This document shows positions 8,952 through 19,786 of a stretch of 64,000 nucleotides of DNA, piece by piece. The position numbers and the translations under genes were made by a program. The notes beneath the pieces were generated by a model. The model had not been told where the DNA came from. It saw only the letters and a list, made by a program, of their open reading frames with translations, and made no database searches. Every line of letters starts with the position of its first letter. Position 1 is the stretch's first letter. The DNA is from Planctomycetota bacterium (GTDB lineage Bacteria > Planctomycetota > UBA1135 > UBA2386), in the NCBI GenBank assembly GCA_965228735.1, contig OZ245838.1, forward strand, positions 2,784,001 to 2,848,000, given 5' to 3'.

Positions 8952-9824
8952 ATGGCCGAGCCTCCGAAGCGGGACACGTCCTCCAACCTGCCGGGCATCA
9001 CCCGCCTGCTCCAGACCGTCGCCGCCCTGCGCGCCCCGGACGGCTGTCCGTGGGACCGCGAGCAAACGACCGACTCCATGGCGCAGCACCTCGTCGAGGA
9101 GGCCTTCGAAGCCGCCGATGCGCTGCGCCGGCTTGACGATCCGGCAGCCGGTGAGGAGCTCGGCGACGTCCTCGTGAACGTCGCGATGATCAGCCACATC
9201 GCGAGCGAGACCGGCCGCTTCGCCGTCGACGACGTCGCCGACCGCGCCGCCAGCAAGCTCGTGCACCGCCACCCCCACGTCTTCGGCGACGACAGAGGCC
9301 GCGTCGACGGCGCCGACGCGGCCTATCGCAACTGGGAACGGATGAAGCAGCGCGAACCGCGCCCCGGCCAGATCCACACTGGTCCCAGCAGCCAGGATGC
9401 CGCCGCCCGCCGCAGCGTGCTGGCCGGTGTGCCGGCAGCCCTGCCGAGCCTGCTGCGCGCTTTCCGAATCGGTGAGAAGGCGGCTCGCACCGGGTTCGAT
9501 TGGCCAGACCGGACCGGCCCGCGTGGCAAGCTCGACGAAGAACTCGGCGAGCTCGACGAAGCGGTCGCCGGCGGCGACCCGGCGCGTATCCGGGCCGAAC
9601 TCGGCGACGTCCTGTTCAGCGTCTGCAACCTTGCCCGCCACCTCGGCGTCCAGCCCGAAGTCGCCCTCGCCGACACCTGCGACGAGTTCCAGCGCCGCTT
9701 CATAGCGGTCGAGCGCAAGTTCGATCACGATCTGCGCGGCCGCCCGCTGGCCGAGCTCGAAGCCGCCTGGCAGCAGGCCAAGGCAGCCCCCGGGGACGGG
9801 ACCGACGGCGAGCCGACGGCCTGA
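8952..9824 (+). CDS. mazG: Nucleoside triphosphate pyrophosphohydrolase MazG
   Basis: LRAPDGCPWDREQT, EELGD, RHPHVFG, GFDW and ELGDVLF motifs. Confidence 0.95.
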   Translation: MAEPPKRDTSSNLPGITRLLQTVAALRAPDGCPWDREQTTDSMAQHLVEEAFEAADALRRLDDPAAGEELGDVLVNVAMISHIASETGRFAVDDVADRAASKLVHRHPHVFGDDRGRVDGADAAYRNWERMKQREPRPGQIHTGPSSQDAAARRSVLAGVPAALPSLLRAFRIGEKAARTGFDWPDRTGPRGKLDEELGELDEAVAGGDPARIRAELGDVLFSVCNLARHLGVQPEVALADTCDEFQRRFIAVERKFDHDLRGRPLAELEAAWQQAKAAPGDGTDGEPTA

Positions 9825-10034
9825 CGGACGCCCGCCACGGGATGCCGGCGATCAGGCCCCAACCCGGCCTCCTCCGGCCTGATCACGGTTCGCCGAATCA
9901 CCTCAAATACCGATGGTATAGTGATTTAAGAACCGGCCCGAAAACCGGCGAACTTCCGCCAGCAGCGGCACGGGTACTGCATTTCCCCCATCGGTGGAAA
10001 GAAACGCCTGGGCATGGGCCCAGTGGCAGGGATT

Positions 10035-10077
10035 GGCCCTGGTGCGGAGTGGTGCCGCACCAGGGCCGCTTTTTTTT
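10035..10077 (+). terminator. Rho-independent terminator
   Basis: Perfect 13-bp stem ggccctggtgcgg/ccgcaccagggcc, 7-nt loop, then gc and T8. Confidence 0.85.
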
Positions 10078-10221
10078 GGCCCGGGGAACCCTGACGAGCG
10101 CACTCCGCGCCGCCGTGGGTGAATCCACACCCAAGCCATCAGCCCAAATTCCGGTTGAGCGATATCGAGTCGCGGGCCGGAGGTGCTGGGTTGGGTGTTG
10201 GTTTCGGCGCCGGCCGCGGCC

Positions 10222-11184
10222 CTACCAACCAGCGAGCTCGGCCTCGGCGGCGAGGACTCCGAAGGCCGCCCAGCCCGGCCGCGCCGCGAGTTCTTCGAGC
10301 CCGCGCTGCGCCGCCGCGCGATCGCCGGTCACGAGCGCGTGGTGCGCGAGTCCGAACGCGAGGGCGGCGCCGGAGCTGCCGTCGCCGGGGGCGAGCTCCG
10401 CACGCGTGAGGCGCCCGGCGTAGAGCAGGCAGAGGCGGTGGTAGCTCGTGTTCTCGACGACGTCCATTGCCGGGGTGATCGGCGCGACCACGGCGGCGGC
10501 GCCCGCGGTGTCGCCGAGTCGCATGCGCACGCTCCAGAGCCAGTGCGTCACCGCGACGCGCGACTCGTCGTCGTCGGTCACCGCGAGGCAGTCGAGCCAG
10601 GCAGCCTCGGCCGCGGCGAAGTCGCGGGCGACGAAGTGCGCGAGACCGAGGTGATAGTGCACGTTGAAGTGCAGCGAGCTGTGCGGGGGTCGTCCCGGCG
10701 TCGGCAGCCCGTCTGGCTCCGTCTGGTCGGGTTCGGTGCGGCACCCCACTGCGGCGCGGGTCAGATCAGTGATCGCGCGATCGATCGCGCGGACCGAGAG
10801 GTGCCGGTGGCCGCGGTGACGCAGCAGGAACGGATCGTCGGGGTGCCGCTCGAGGGCCTCGGTGTAGACGTCGATCGCGTCGTGGTAACGGCCGAGGTAG
10901 CCGAGCCGGCGGCCGACCCAGATCGCGGCCTCGCGGTCGTTCGGGCGCTCCGCGAGTTCGGCGCGCGCAGCAGCGAGCAGCTCGTTCTGCCGGGACTCGA
11001 ACGCATCGGCGAGCGGCGCCAGCGCGAGCGGTCGGCCGTCGAGCGACCGACAGACGGCCCCGGCGGGCAACGTCGGGTCGCGCAGCGCCGGCATGCCGCC
11101 GCAGCTCGCGAGACTCACCACGGCCACCGCCGAGAACGCCCGCGCCATCGCCCCCGCCGACACCCACACGTTTCGATCCTGCAT
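10222..11184 (-). CDS. TPR-repeat protein, probable lipoprotein
   Basis: SLASC lipobox-like motif; TPR helices (IWVGRRLGYLGRYHDAIDVY, YHLGLAHF). Confidence 0.8.
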   Translation of the reverse strand: MQDRNVWVSAGAMARAFSAVAVVSLASCGGMPALRDPTLPAGAVCRSLDGRPLALAPLADAFESRQNELLAAARAELAERPNDREAAIWVGRRLGYLGRYHDAIDVYTEALERHPDDPFLLRHRGHRHLSVRAIDRAITDLTRAAVGCRTEPDQTEPDGLPTPGRPPHSSLHFNVHYHLGLAHFVARDFAAAEAAWLDCLAVTDDDESRVAVTHWLWSVRMRLGDTAGAAAVVAPITPAMDVVENTSYHRLCLLYAGRLTRAELAPGDGSSGAALAFGLAHHALVTGDRAAAQRGLEELAARPGWAAFGVLAAEAELAGW

Positions 11185-11234
11185 CGCTCTGCTCCTGTTT
11201 CCGTTCAGTTGGTTCCCGGTTCGTCGTTGGTTCT

Positions 11235-12242
11235 CTAGTCGGGCCAGTGACAGCGCACGACGCGCCCGGCGTCGTCGTCCGCGACGAACAGCAGCGCGCC
11301 GACCGCGAACCGTTCGCGCAACCGCTCGATCACCTGCACCCCACGTTCTTCGCCGAGCACGAGCAGCGCGGTGCCGAGCGCGTCTGCGACCGCCGCGTTC
11401 GGACCGATCACCGAACAACTGACGACGCGGGACGTCGCACTCCGGCCGGTACGGGGGTCGAAGACGTGGTGCGCGCGCTCACCGTCCGCGGTGAACGCGT
11501 TGCGGTAGTTGCCGCTCATGCACATCGACTGCTCGCGCAGCGGCAGCACGGCGAACGGCTCGCGACGACCGAGCGCAGCCGCGGTCGGGTCCTCGACGCC
11601 GATCTGCCATGGCGAACCGGGCGCCTTCTCCCCGCGACACCAGATCTCGCCGGTCACGTCGAGGTAGAAGCTCGACAGGCCGAACGCGACGAGGCGGCGA
11701 TCGAGTTCGTCGAGGCACGCACCCGCGACGATGCCGTCGAGGTCGAGCTGGGTGCCAGCCGGGGCGCGCACCGTCCCATCCTCGACGGTGACCCGCGCGT
11801 AGCCGACGCGCGCGCTCGCGGCGTCGAGCTTCGCGGGGTCGAGCGGACTGCCGTTCGCCTTGGCCTCGCGGTAGAGCGCGAGCAGCGGCCCGACCGTAGG
11901 ATCGAATGCGCCGTCCGTCGCGGCGGCGAGTTCGAGCGCGAGCTCGAGCACGGCGCAGAAGCGCGGTGTCCCGTCATGCGGCTCTCCCGCGCGCAACGCG
12001 GCGTTGCATCGTTCGAGCTCCGAGTCGTCGCGCCACTTGGAGAACGCCGCGTCGAAGTCCGCGAGCGTCGCTTCGACGACGCGCTGCAACGCCGCCTGGT
12101 CGACATCGGCCACGTACTTCACCGTGTACGACGACCCCATCGTCGGGCCCGAGAACGAGCGCACCTCGGGCACGCGCTCACAGCCGGCGAACGGGATCGC
12201 GAGCAGGGCAGCCAGCGCGGTAGCTCGGCGGAGGATCGACAT
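11235..12242 (-). CDS. apbE: FAD:protein FMN transferase ApbE (lipoprotein)
   Basis: FAGC lipobox, GPTMGS, GAFDPTVGPL, SGNYRN, HHVFDPRTG and ADALGTA motifs. Confidence 0.93.
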   Translation of the reverse strand: MSILRRATALAALLAIPFAGCERVPEVRSFSGPTMGSSYTVKYVADVDQAALQRVVEATLADFDAAFSKWRDDSELERCNAALRAGEPHDGTPRFCAVLELALELAAATDGAFDPTVGPLLALYREAKANGSPLDPAKLDAASARVGYARVTVEDGTVRAPAGTQLDLDGIVAGACLDELDRRLVAFGLSSFYLDVTGEIWCRGEKAPGSPWQIGVEDPTAAALGRREPFAVLPLREQSMCMSGNYRNAFTADGERAHHVFDPRTGRSATSRVVSCSVIGPNAAVADALGTALLVLGEERGVQVIERLRERFAVGALLFVADDDAGRVVRCHWPD

Positions 12243-12434
12243 CGGCAGCCCGCGATCCTACGCCCGATCCGCCGCCCGGCCACCTTCGGCGTCGCGCCGG
12301 GCCGAGCCGTCCTCTGGAGCCGATCCGATCGGCGCTCGAGGTCGCACCACGCGACAAAACCGCTACCCTCGAGCGCTCTTCGTCTCCGCCGGCCACCAGG
12401 CCGCCTCCCCTCAGGCCCCGTCCGAACCTCCGCC

Positions 12435-13736
12435 ATGGCCAAGACCACCCGCCGAACGTTTCTAGCTACCTCGTCCACCGCCATCGTCACTGCCGGAACG
12501 GCCAGTTCGATGGCGTTCACCCCGCACATCGCCGGCAAGGACGAGATCCGCGTCGCGCTGATCGGCTGCGGCGGTCGCGGCACCGGCGCCGTCGCGCAGA
12601 TCATGAACACCAAGGGGCGCACCAAGCTCGTGGCGGTCGCCGACGCGTTCCACGACAAAGCGGCCAGCACAGTCGAGAACCTCAAGGGCCACGACGAGTC
12701 CAAGGTCGACGTCCCGCGCGAGCGCATCTTCTCGGGACTCGACGCGTTCCAGAAGGCGATCGACAGCGACTGCGATCTCGTCGTGATCGCGACGCCGCCC
12801 GGCTTCAAGCCCGTGCACTTCGACGCCGCGGTCAAGGCCGGCAAGCACGTCTTCATGGAGAAGCCGGTCGCGACCGACGCGCCGGGCGTGCGCCGCGTGC
12901 TCGCCGCGGTCGCCGAGTCCAAGAAGAAGAACCTCGCGGTCGCGATCGGCCTGCAGCGGCGACACGAGCCGAAGTACATGGAGACGATCCAGCGCGTGCA
13001 CGACGGCGCGATCGGGGACCTGATCCTCGCGCGCGTCTACTGGAACGGCGGCGGCATCTGGTATCGCAACCGCAAGCCGGAGATGACCGAGATGGAGTTC
13101 CAGTGCAACAACTGGTACCACTTCAACTGGATCTGCGGCGACCAGATCGTCGAGCAACACATCCACAACCTCGACGTCGGCTGCTGGGCGAAGGGCAGTT
13201 ACCCGGTCAAGTGCAACGGCATGGGCGGGCGCGAGATGCGCATGGGCGGCGACCGGACCAAGTCGCAGATCTTCGATCACACGTTCTGTGAGTACACGTT
13301 CGCGGACGGCACGAAGATGTACAGCCAGGGGCGCCACCTGCGCGGCAGTTGGACGAACGTGAGCGAGTCGCTGCACGGCACGCTCGGCACGTGCAACCCG
13401 GCCGGTCGCATCGAGGGCCCCAACAAGTGGCGCTTCGAGGGCAAGAGCCCGGGCGGCCACCAGCAGGAGCAGCACGACCTCATCGAGGCGCTGAGCCGCG
13501 GTGAGATCTACAATGAGGGCGAGTACGGCGCGATGTCGACGTTCTGCGCGATCCTCGGCCGCGAGGCGTGCTACTCCGGCAAGGAGATCCAGTGGGACGA
13601 CCTGCTGAAGCGCGGGCGCGACCTGTGCCCCGGGATCGACGGCTACCGGATGGATTCGGAGCCGCCGACCAAGCCGGACGAGAACGGCGAGTACCCGGTG
13701 CCGATCCCCGGCAAGTACAGCCCGTTCGCGAGCTGA
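12435..13736 (+). CDS. Tat-exported Gfo/Idh/MocA oxidoreductase
   Basis: TRRTFL Tat motif, LIGCGGRG, HVFMEKP and EQHIHNLD. Confidence 0.92.
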   Translation: MAKTTRRTFLATSSTAIVTAGTASSMAFTPHIAGKDEIRVALIGCGGRGTGAVAQIMNTKGRTKLVAVADAFHDKAASTVENLKGHDESKVDVPRERIFSGLDAFQKAIDSDCDLVVIATPPGFKPVHFDAAVKAGKHVFMEKPVATDAPGVRRVLAAVAESKKKNLAVAIGLQRRHEPKYMETIQRVHDGAIGDLILARVYWNGGGIWYRNRKPEMTEMEFQCNNWYHFNWICGDQIVEQHIHNLDVGCWAKGSYPVKCNGMGGREMRMGGDRTKSQIFDHTFCEYTFADGTKMYSQGRHLRGSWTNVSESLHGTLGTCNPAGRIEGPNKWRFEGKSPGGHQQEQHDLIEALSRGEIYNEGEYGAMSTFCAILGREACYSGKEIQWDDLLKRGRDLCPGIDGYRMDSEPPTKPDENGEYPVPIPGKYSPFAS

Positions 13737-13964
13737 TCGCCGGCCCGGGCCCGATGACGGCTCGACGTTGCAGCGGCCACGGGCCTGAACGATCGTTCCG
13801 GCGCGCACCTCGATCGTGAGCACCGGGCGAACGTCGTTGCCGTGCGGACTCGAGCCGCCCATCGGTCCGCGCAACGCGCAACCCCCTCGCGTGAGCTTCG
13901 GCGACGAACGCTGGCCCGGTATCATCCGGGCCGACGTCCGTGACGCCGTCATAGCGAGCAGCGA

Positions 13965-14942
13965 ATGCGATCGATCCACCCCGCCTCGCTCGCGCTGCTC
14001 TTCGGAGCTTGCGCGAGCGCCCCGCTCGAACTGCGCGCACCGAATCCCGAGCTCGCAGTCACGGTCGCCCCCGGCGAGTTCCCGGGTGCCGGCAGGCTGG
14101 CAACCGGCTTCGACGCACGCACCACGGATCGCGCCTGGCGCGAGGGCGACACCGTGGTGTTCGGGCTGCGGCTGCAGCAGGGCGAGTCCGCGCAGCGCTG
14201 GCTGCTGCGACTGCGCGTGCTGCCGAGCCCGCGCTTCACCGTCGAGACGAAGAACGGCACGACGACGGACGGCGTGAAGTTCCTCGGCCTGCACCGCAGC
14301 TGGAACTACACGGCGAAGGTCGACGGCGAACTGCGCGAGGTCGAGGTCGAGTCCGGCATCGTTCGGGTCGCCGTGAGCGTGCACGACCCGGACGGCTCAC
14401 TGCTCGGCGATTCGATCGTGAGCCTGCCGGCAGACCTGATGACGAACGGCCTGCTGCCCGGAATCGAAACCGCGATGCGCCTCGAGGCGAGCACCACCGG
14501 CAACGATCCGCTGCCACCGAGGACCAGCCTCGAGGACCTGCGGCCGATGGCGGAAGGCCTGATCGCGCTGCTCGCCCTCCTCGACGTCGTGCAGAACGAC
14601 AGCGTCCTGCAGGGGTATTTCTGGCAGGTCGTCCAGAAACCGAGCCTCTGGTCCGTCATCCGCACGATGGGCGTGAGCGCCTCCCTCACCGCGTCCCCCG
14701 AACGCAGCGTCCGCCTCGAACAGCTCCCCGAAGCGATCCTCCCGACGGACCGAGCGTTCGCCATGCCCCTCCGGGTCGACGTCAACGACACCCCAGCCCT
14801 GCTGGCCGACGTCATCGCCATCGATTCGGCTCGCCCCTACGCCCTCTGCAGCGGCATCATCGCCGCCTCCGCCCGCCACCCGACCGAAAAGGACCTCACC
14901 TTCGAAGTCCGCCTACTAGCCGCTCGCCTGGGCAAGGAGTGA
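13965..14942 (+). CDS. Hypothetical lipoprotein
   Basis: LALLFGAC lipobox; 325 aa. Confidence 0.7.
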   Translation: MRSIHPASLALLFGACASAPLELRAPNPELAVTVAPGEFPGAGRLATGFDARTTDRAWREGDTVVFGLRLQQGESAQRWLLRLRVLPSPRFTVETKNGTTTDGVKFLGLHRSWNYTAKVDGELREVEVESGIVRVAVSVHDPDGSLLGDSIVSLPADLMTNGLLPGIETAMRLEASTTGNDPLPPRTSLEDLRPMAEGLIALLALLDVVQNDSVLQGYFWQVVQKPSLWSVIRTMGVSASLTASPERSVRLEQLPEAILPTDRAFAMPLRVDVNDTPALLADVIAIDSARPYALCSGIIAASARHPTEKDLTFEVRLLAARLGKE

Positions 14943-14958
14943 AGGCCACCACGCACCC

Positions 14959-15003
14959 GTACCGTATGGGTGCCTTTGCAGCGCGAACCAGGTTCCGTAC
15001 GGG
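14959..15003. repeat. Degenerate copies of the REP-like motif found at 24234-24366
   Basis: gtaccgtatgggtgcctt and gaaccaggttccgtacggg match gtaccgtacgggtgacctt and gaaccaggtaccgtacggg. Confidence 0.65.
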
Positions 15004-15157
15004 CCACCCCCGCATCCCCGCCCCGCGAGCCGCAGGCGAGCCCCCCTCCTGGGCGTATGGCCCCCGCCGGCCAACTCGCCGGTACCGTTGTTGGCCGAGC
15101 CCAGGAGGACAAAGACGTTCGGCGACTTCGGTGGCTGTCGCCGAGCGCAGCTCGGCG

Positions 15158-16390
15158 TCAGCCGCCGAAGTCGTCGAACGCGATCATTTCCTTCTCGACG
15201 CCCAGATCATCGAGCATCTTGAAGACGGCGCTGTTCATCATCGGCGGGCCGCAGAGGTAGAACTCGATCTCGTCGACGTTCTCGTGGTCCTTGAGGTGGT
15301 TCTCCATGACCACCTGGTGGATGAAGCCGGTGTAGCCGTCCCAGTTGTCCTCGGGCAGCGCGTCGCTGAGCGCGACGTGGTACGAGAAGTTGGGGAAGTC
15401 CTTTTCGATCTTCTCGAAGTGGTCGGTGTAGAACATCTCGCGCTTGCTGCGCGCGCCGTACCAGTAGCTCACCTTGCGGTCGGTCTTGAGCGTGTGGAAC
15501 AGGTGGAAGATGTGGCTGCGCAGCGGCGCCATGCCCGCACCGCCGCCGATGTAGACCATCTCGCGGTCCGTGTCCTTGATGAAGAAGTCACCGTAGGGAC
15601 CGGAGATCGTGACCTTGTCACCCGGCTTGAGCGAGAAGACGTAGGAGCTGCAGATGCCCGGCGGCAGGTCCATCTGGCGCGGCGGCGGCGTGGCGATGCG
15701 GATGTTGAGCATCACCATGTTGCCCTCGGCCGGATGGTTGGCCATCGAGTAGGCGCGGAAGACCGGCTCGTCGTTGTTGGCGACGAGATCCCACAGCTTG
15801 AACTTGTCCCAGTCCTCGCGGAACTCCTCTTCGATGTCGAAGTCCGAGTACTTGAGGTTGTGGTATTCGGGAACGTCGATCTGGATGTAGCCGCCCGACT
15901 GGAAGTCGATGACCTCGCCCTCGGGGAGATCGACGACGAACTCCTTGATGAACGTCGCGACGTTGTGGTTGCTCCGGACCGTGCACTCCCACTTGCGGAT
16001 GCCGAAGACCTCGTCCGGCACCTTGACCTTCATCGGGCCGCGGACCTTGACCTGACACGCGAGGCGCCAGCCTTCCTTGGCTTCCGAGCGGCTGATGGAC
16101 GTCATCTCGGACGGCAGGATGTCGCCGCCGCCCTCGAAGACCTGGCAGGTGCACATCGCGCACGAGCCCTTCCCGCCGCACGCCGACGGCAGGAAGATCT
16201 TCTGGTTGCTCAGCGCCATGAGCAGGTTGCTGCCGACCTCGACCTCCGGCGACTTCTCCGGGTCGTCGTTGATGAGCAGCTTGACCTTGCCCTTCTGCAC
16301 GAGCCGGCTCTCGCAGAACATCAGCACGAGCACGAGCAGGATGACGACGCACGTCAGCGCGACGACGCCGATCAGGATCGAAGTGAACAT
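15158..16390 (-). CDS. nqrF: Na+-NQR subunit F
   Basis: [12 protein letters not shown] 2Fe-2S motif, [21 protein letters not shown] and DDFGG terminus. Confidence 0.97.
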   Translation of the reverse strand: MFTSILIGVVALTCVVILLVLVLMFCESRLVQKGKVKLLINDDPEKSPEVEVGSNLLMALSNQKIFLPSACGGKGSCAMCTCQVFEGGGDILPSEMTSISRSEAKEGWRLACQVKVRGPMKVKVPDEVFGIRKWECTVRSNHNVATFIKEFVVDLPEGEVIDFQSGGYIQIDVPEYHNLKYSDFDIEEEFREDWDKFKLWDLVANNDEPVFRAYSMANHPAEGNMVMLNIRIATPPPRQMDLPPGICSSYVFSLKPGDKVTISGPYGDFFIKDTDREMVYIGGGAGMAPLRSHIFHLFHTLKTDRKVSYWYGARSKREMFYTDHFEKIEKDFPNFSYHVALSDALPEDNWDGYTGFIHQVVMENHLKDHENVDEIEFYLCGPPMMNSAVFKMLDDLGVEKEMIAFDDFGG

Positions 16391-16436
16391 TGGGTTGCCT
16401 GTGGCTCCTGGGAGTCTTCTCTCAGATTCCCCGAAC

Positions 16437-17096
16437 TCAGATACCACTGAAGGTCATGAACGCCATCGCGATCAGACCCGTGGTAATGAACGTGATGCCG
16501 AGGCCCTTGAGCGGCCCGGGCACGTGCGCCGTGCGGATCTTCCAGCGGATCGCCGCCATGCTCACGATCGCGAGCAGGAAGCCGATGCCGGAGCCGAAGC
16601 CGTAGACGGTCGCCTCACCGAACGTGTAGTTGCGTTCGACCATGAACAGCGAGCTGCCGAGGATCGCGCAGTTCACCGCGATGAGCGGCAGGAAGATGCC
16701 GAGCGCCGCGTAGAGCTTGGGGCTGAACTTGTCGACGGCCATCTCGACGATCTGCACCGCGGTCGCGATCGACGCGATGAAGGTCAAGAACTGCAGGTAG
16801 CTCAGGTCGAGGTCCGGGAATCCCGCCCACGCGAGCGCCCCCGGCGCGAGGATGAACGTCTGCACGGCCCAGTTGATCGGCACGGTCAGTCCCAGCACGA
16901 ACACCACGGCGATGCCGAGGCCCATCGAGCTGTCGACGCGCTTGCTCACCGCGAGGTACGAGCACATGCCGAGGAAGAACGCGAGCAGGATGTTCTCGAC
17001 GAAGATCGCGCGCAGCACGATCGAGATGTAGTTCGCAGCGGTGCTGGTGCCCTCGATCGGGTCCTGCAGCGCGGTCACGAAGAGTTCGGCGGTCAT
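16437..17096 (-). CDS. nqrE: Na+-NQR subunit E
   Basis: [25 protein letters not shown] and GLGITFI motifs. Confidence 0.96.
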   Translation of the reverse strand: MTAELFVTALQDPIEGTSTAANYISIVLRAIFVENILLAFFLGMCSYLAVSKRVDSSMGLGIAVVFVLGLTVPINWAVQTFILAPGALAWAGFPDLDLSYLQFLTFIASIATAVQIVEMAVDKFSPKLYAALGIFLPLIAVNCAILGSSLFMVERNYTFGEATVYGFGSGIGFLLAIVSMAAIRWKIRTAHVPGPLKGLGITFITTGLIAMAFMTFSGI

Positions 17097-17108
17097 CTTT
17101 CAGTCTCC

Positions 17109-17771
17109 TCAGTTCTTCTCGACGTAGCCACTGATCGCGCGCTGCACCCAGACGAGCACACCGAGCAGGAGGAACGCGCCGGGGGCGAGCACCATGAGGC
17201 CGTTGTTGACGTAGCCGGCCTCGTAGAACGCCTCCGGCACGACGGCGTAGCCGAACAGCTTGCCCGAGCCGAGCAGCTCGCGGATCGCCGCGACGACCGC
17301 GATGATCCAGGCGTAGCCGAGGCCGTTGCCGATGCCGTCGAGGAAGCTGCGGTAGGGCCCATTGCCCATCGCGTAGGCCTCGAGGCGCCCCATCACCATG
17401 CAGTTCGTGATGATCAGGCCAACGAAGACCGACAGCGACTTGCTGAGGTCGTACATGTAGGCCTTGAGCAGCTGGTCGAACAGGATCACGAGCGACGACA
17501 CGACGACGAGCTGGACGATGATCCGGATCTTGCTCGGGATCATGTTGCGCAGCAGCGAGATCGTCACGTTCGCCAGCGCAGTGACCATCGTCACGCCGAT
17601 GCCGAGCACGATCGCCTTGTCGAGTCGCGTCGTCACAGCGAGCGCGGAGCAGATCCCGAGGACCTGCAGCGCGATCGGGTTGTTGTCCCAGAGCGGGTCG
17701 AGGATGGCGCGCTTCTCTTCCTTGCCGAAGAGCGGCGCCTTCTTGGTTGCGGGTGCAGTTGTGCTGGTCAC
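17109..17771 (-). CDS. nqrD: Na+-NQR subunit D
   Basis: [18 protein letters not shown] and [13 protein letters not shown] motifs. Confidence 0.96.
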   Translation of the reverse strand: MTSTTAPATKKAPLFGKEEKRAILDPLWDNNPIALQVLGICSALAVTTRLDKAIVLGIGVTMVTALANVTISLLRNMIPSKIRIIVQLVVVSSLVILFDQLLKAYMYDLSKSLSVFVGLIITNCMVMGRLEAYAMGNGPYRSFLDGIGNGLGYAWIIAVVAAIRELLGSGKLFGYAVVPEAFYEAGYVNNGLMVLAPGAFLLLGVLVWVQRAISGYVEKN

Positions 17772-17804
17772 GGTTGGATTCCTTGGCTTCCTCCGACCTA
17801 CTGG

Positions 17805-18509
17805 TCAGTCACCCTTGTTGTAGAGGTACTTCGAGAACGCCCTGAGGTCGGCCTCGACGAACGTCTCGACGCCCTTGCCGGTGATCGTCGCGCCCGCGAG
17901 GCCGTCGACGGCGTGCTTCTTCTCGCGTTCGATCGACGGATCGACGTTGCCCTTCTTGACGGTGACCGACACGAGATCGCCGTCCTCGTCGAGCACGGTC
18001 TTGCCCTTCCACTGGTTCTGCCACTGCGGGTTGTCGACCTCGCCACCGAGACCGGGCGTCTCCTTGTGGTCGTAGAACGTGATGCCGCGCACGTGGTTCT
18101 TGTCGCCATCGAGCGCGAGGTAGCCGTAGAGCGTGCTCCACAGCCCGCGACCCGAGATCGGCAGCACGTAGGCCTCGACCTCGCCGCCCTCCGCCTTGGT
18201 CGTAGCGACGACCCGATAGCGCTTGCCGTCGGCCTCGAGCGGTTCCATGTCGGTCTTCGCGCCCGACTCGGTGTCGATCACGAACTCCTCGACCCGGTCC
18301 TCGTAGAGCTTCTCGAGCTCCTCGCGCGGCCGAGGATCGTCGGCCGTGCAGAGCCCGGCCGCGATCATCACGTTCTTCTGGCGATCGAACTCCTTCGCCG
18401 CCGCCTGGATCTCGCGCAGCGAATTGGCGGCGACGGCCAGCGTGAGACTGGTCGCGACGCATACGCCGACCGCGAAGATCAGGACGTAGCCGTTGCTGTT
18501 GATGTTCAT
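17805..18509 (-). CDS. nqrC: Na+-NQR subunit C
   Basis: GRGLWS, HKETPGLGGE and VDGLAGATIT; ATG overlaps the nqrB stop. Confidence 0.95.
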   Translation of the reverse strand: MNINSNGYVLIFAVGVCVATSLTLAVAANSLREIQAAAKEFDRQKNVMIAAGLCTADDPRPREELEKLYEDRVEEFVIDTESGAKTDMEPLEADGKRYRVVATTKAEGGEVEAYVLPISGRGLWSTLYGYLALDGDKNHVRGITFYDHKETPGLGGEVDNPQWQNQWKGKTVLDEDGDLVSVTVKKGNVDPSIEREKKHAVDGLAGATITGKGVETFVEADLRAFSKYLYNKGD

Positions 18510-19783
18510 GAGCGTTTGAGCCTCCGCTTGATGTTGCCCTGCACGACGAAGTGGTCGATCGTCGGCGCGAACGCGTTGAGCAGCAGGATGGCGAGCATCG
18601 TGCCTTCCGGATAGGCCGGGTTGATCATGCGCACCAGGATCGTGAACAGGCCGATCAGCGCGCCATAGATCCACTTGCCGACCGCCGTCTCACACGAGCT
18701 CACCGGATCGGTCGCCATGAAGACGATGCCGAACAGGAAGCCACCCGCGAGCAGGTGGTCGATCGGCGACAGCGTCACCTGCCCCTCGACCAGCGCCTCG
18801 GGCACGATGTGCGGCATGAGCAGGGCCGAGCCGACCAGACCGAGCACGCCGGCGACCATGACCTGCCAGCTCGCGACGCCCATCGCGATCATGAAGCCGG
18901 CGCCGAGCAGCACGCAGAACTTGCTCGTCTCACCGGCGCTCCCCGGGATGAACCCGAAGAACATGTCGGTCCGACTCCAGGTCTCGTGCACCACCGCCGA
19001 CGCGCTCTCGGTCGCGGCCTTCGCGGTCGCGAGCACCGTCGGCGACGAGTAGCCGTCGATCAGGTAGGCCGGGTTGGTCGCGACGTCGTCGTTGCCCGCG
19101 ACCCAGACCATGTCACCGGAGAGCTGCGCGGCGAACGCGAAGAACAGGAACGCACGCACCATCATCGCGACGTTGAAGATGTTCATGCCGGTCCCGCCGA
19201 ACACCTCCTTGCCGAGAATCACGGCGAACGCGACACCCGTGGCCAGCTGCCACAGCGGGATCGACGCGGGCACGATGAGCGCGATCAGCATGCCGGAGAC
19301 GAGATACCCCTCGCTGACCTCCTCCTTGCGGATCACGGCGAAGAACATCTCGATGCCGAGCCCGACACCGTAGCTCACGATGAGGATCGGCAGCATGCGC
19401 TGCAGCCCGAAGACGACCGTGTCGAAGAACGACGGGTCCGCGAGGCTCGGAGCGCCCACGACCGACTGCAGCCAGCCGAGCGAGTAGCCCTCCGGATCGT
19501 AGTTCCCCGCCTCGATCATGCCGCCGATCGCGAGGAAGTGCTGGTAGCCGTTGCCGTAGAACGACCACAGCAGACACGGCACGAGCGCGAGGATGACGGT
19601 GTTCATCACCCGCTTGAGATCGACGTAGTCGCGGACGTGCACGCCGGACCGATCGGTCCGGTGATCCGGCGCGAACAGGAACGTCTCGAACGCGTCGAAC
19701 AGCGGCCACACCTTGTGGAACTTGCTGTCCTTCTCGTGGTAGAGCTTCTTCTGCTTCTCGACCAGGTTGCGCAAGAACTGCAT
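18506..19783 (-). CDS. nqrB: Na+-NQR subunit B
   Basis: HVRDYVDLKR, KEVFGGTGMN, FMATDPVS and NPAYPEG motifs. Confidence 0.96.
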   Translation of the reverse strand: MQFLRNLVEKQKKLYHEKDSKFHKVWPLFDAFETFLFAPDHRTDRSGVHVRDYVDLKRVMNTVILALVPCLLWSFYGNGYQHFLAIGGMIEAGNYDPEGYSLGWLQSVVGAPSLADPSFFDTVVFGLQRMLPILIVSYGVGLGIEMFFAVIRKEEVSEGYLVSGMLIALIVPASIPLWQLATGVAFAVILGKEVFGGTGMNIFNVAMMVRAFLFFAFAAQLSGDMVWVAGNDDVATNPAYLIDGYSSPTVLATAKAATESASAVVHETWSRTDMFFGFIPGSAGETSKFCVLLGAGFMIAMGVASWQVMVAGVLGLVGSALLMPHIVPEALVEGQVTLSPIDHLLAGGFLFGIVFMATDPVSSCETAVGKWIYGALIGLFTILVRMINPAYPEGTMLAILLLNAFAPTIDHFVVQGNIKRRLKRS

Positions 19784-19786
19784 CGC

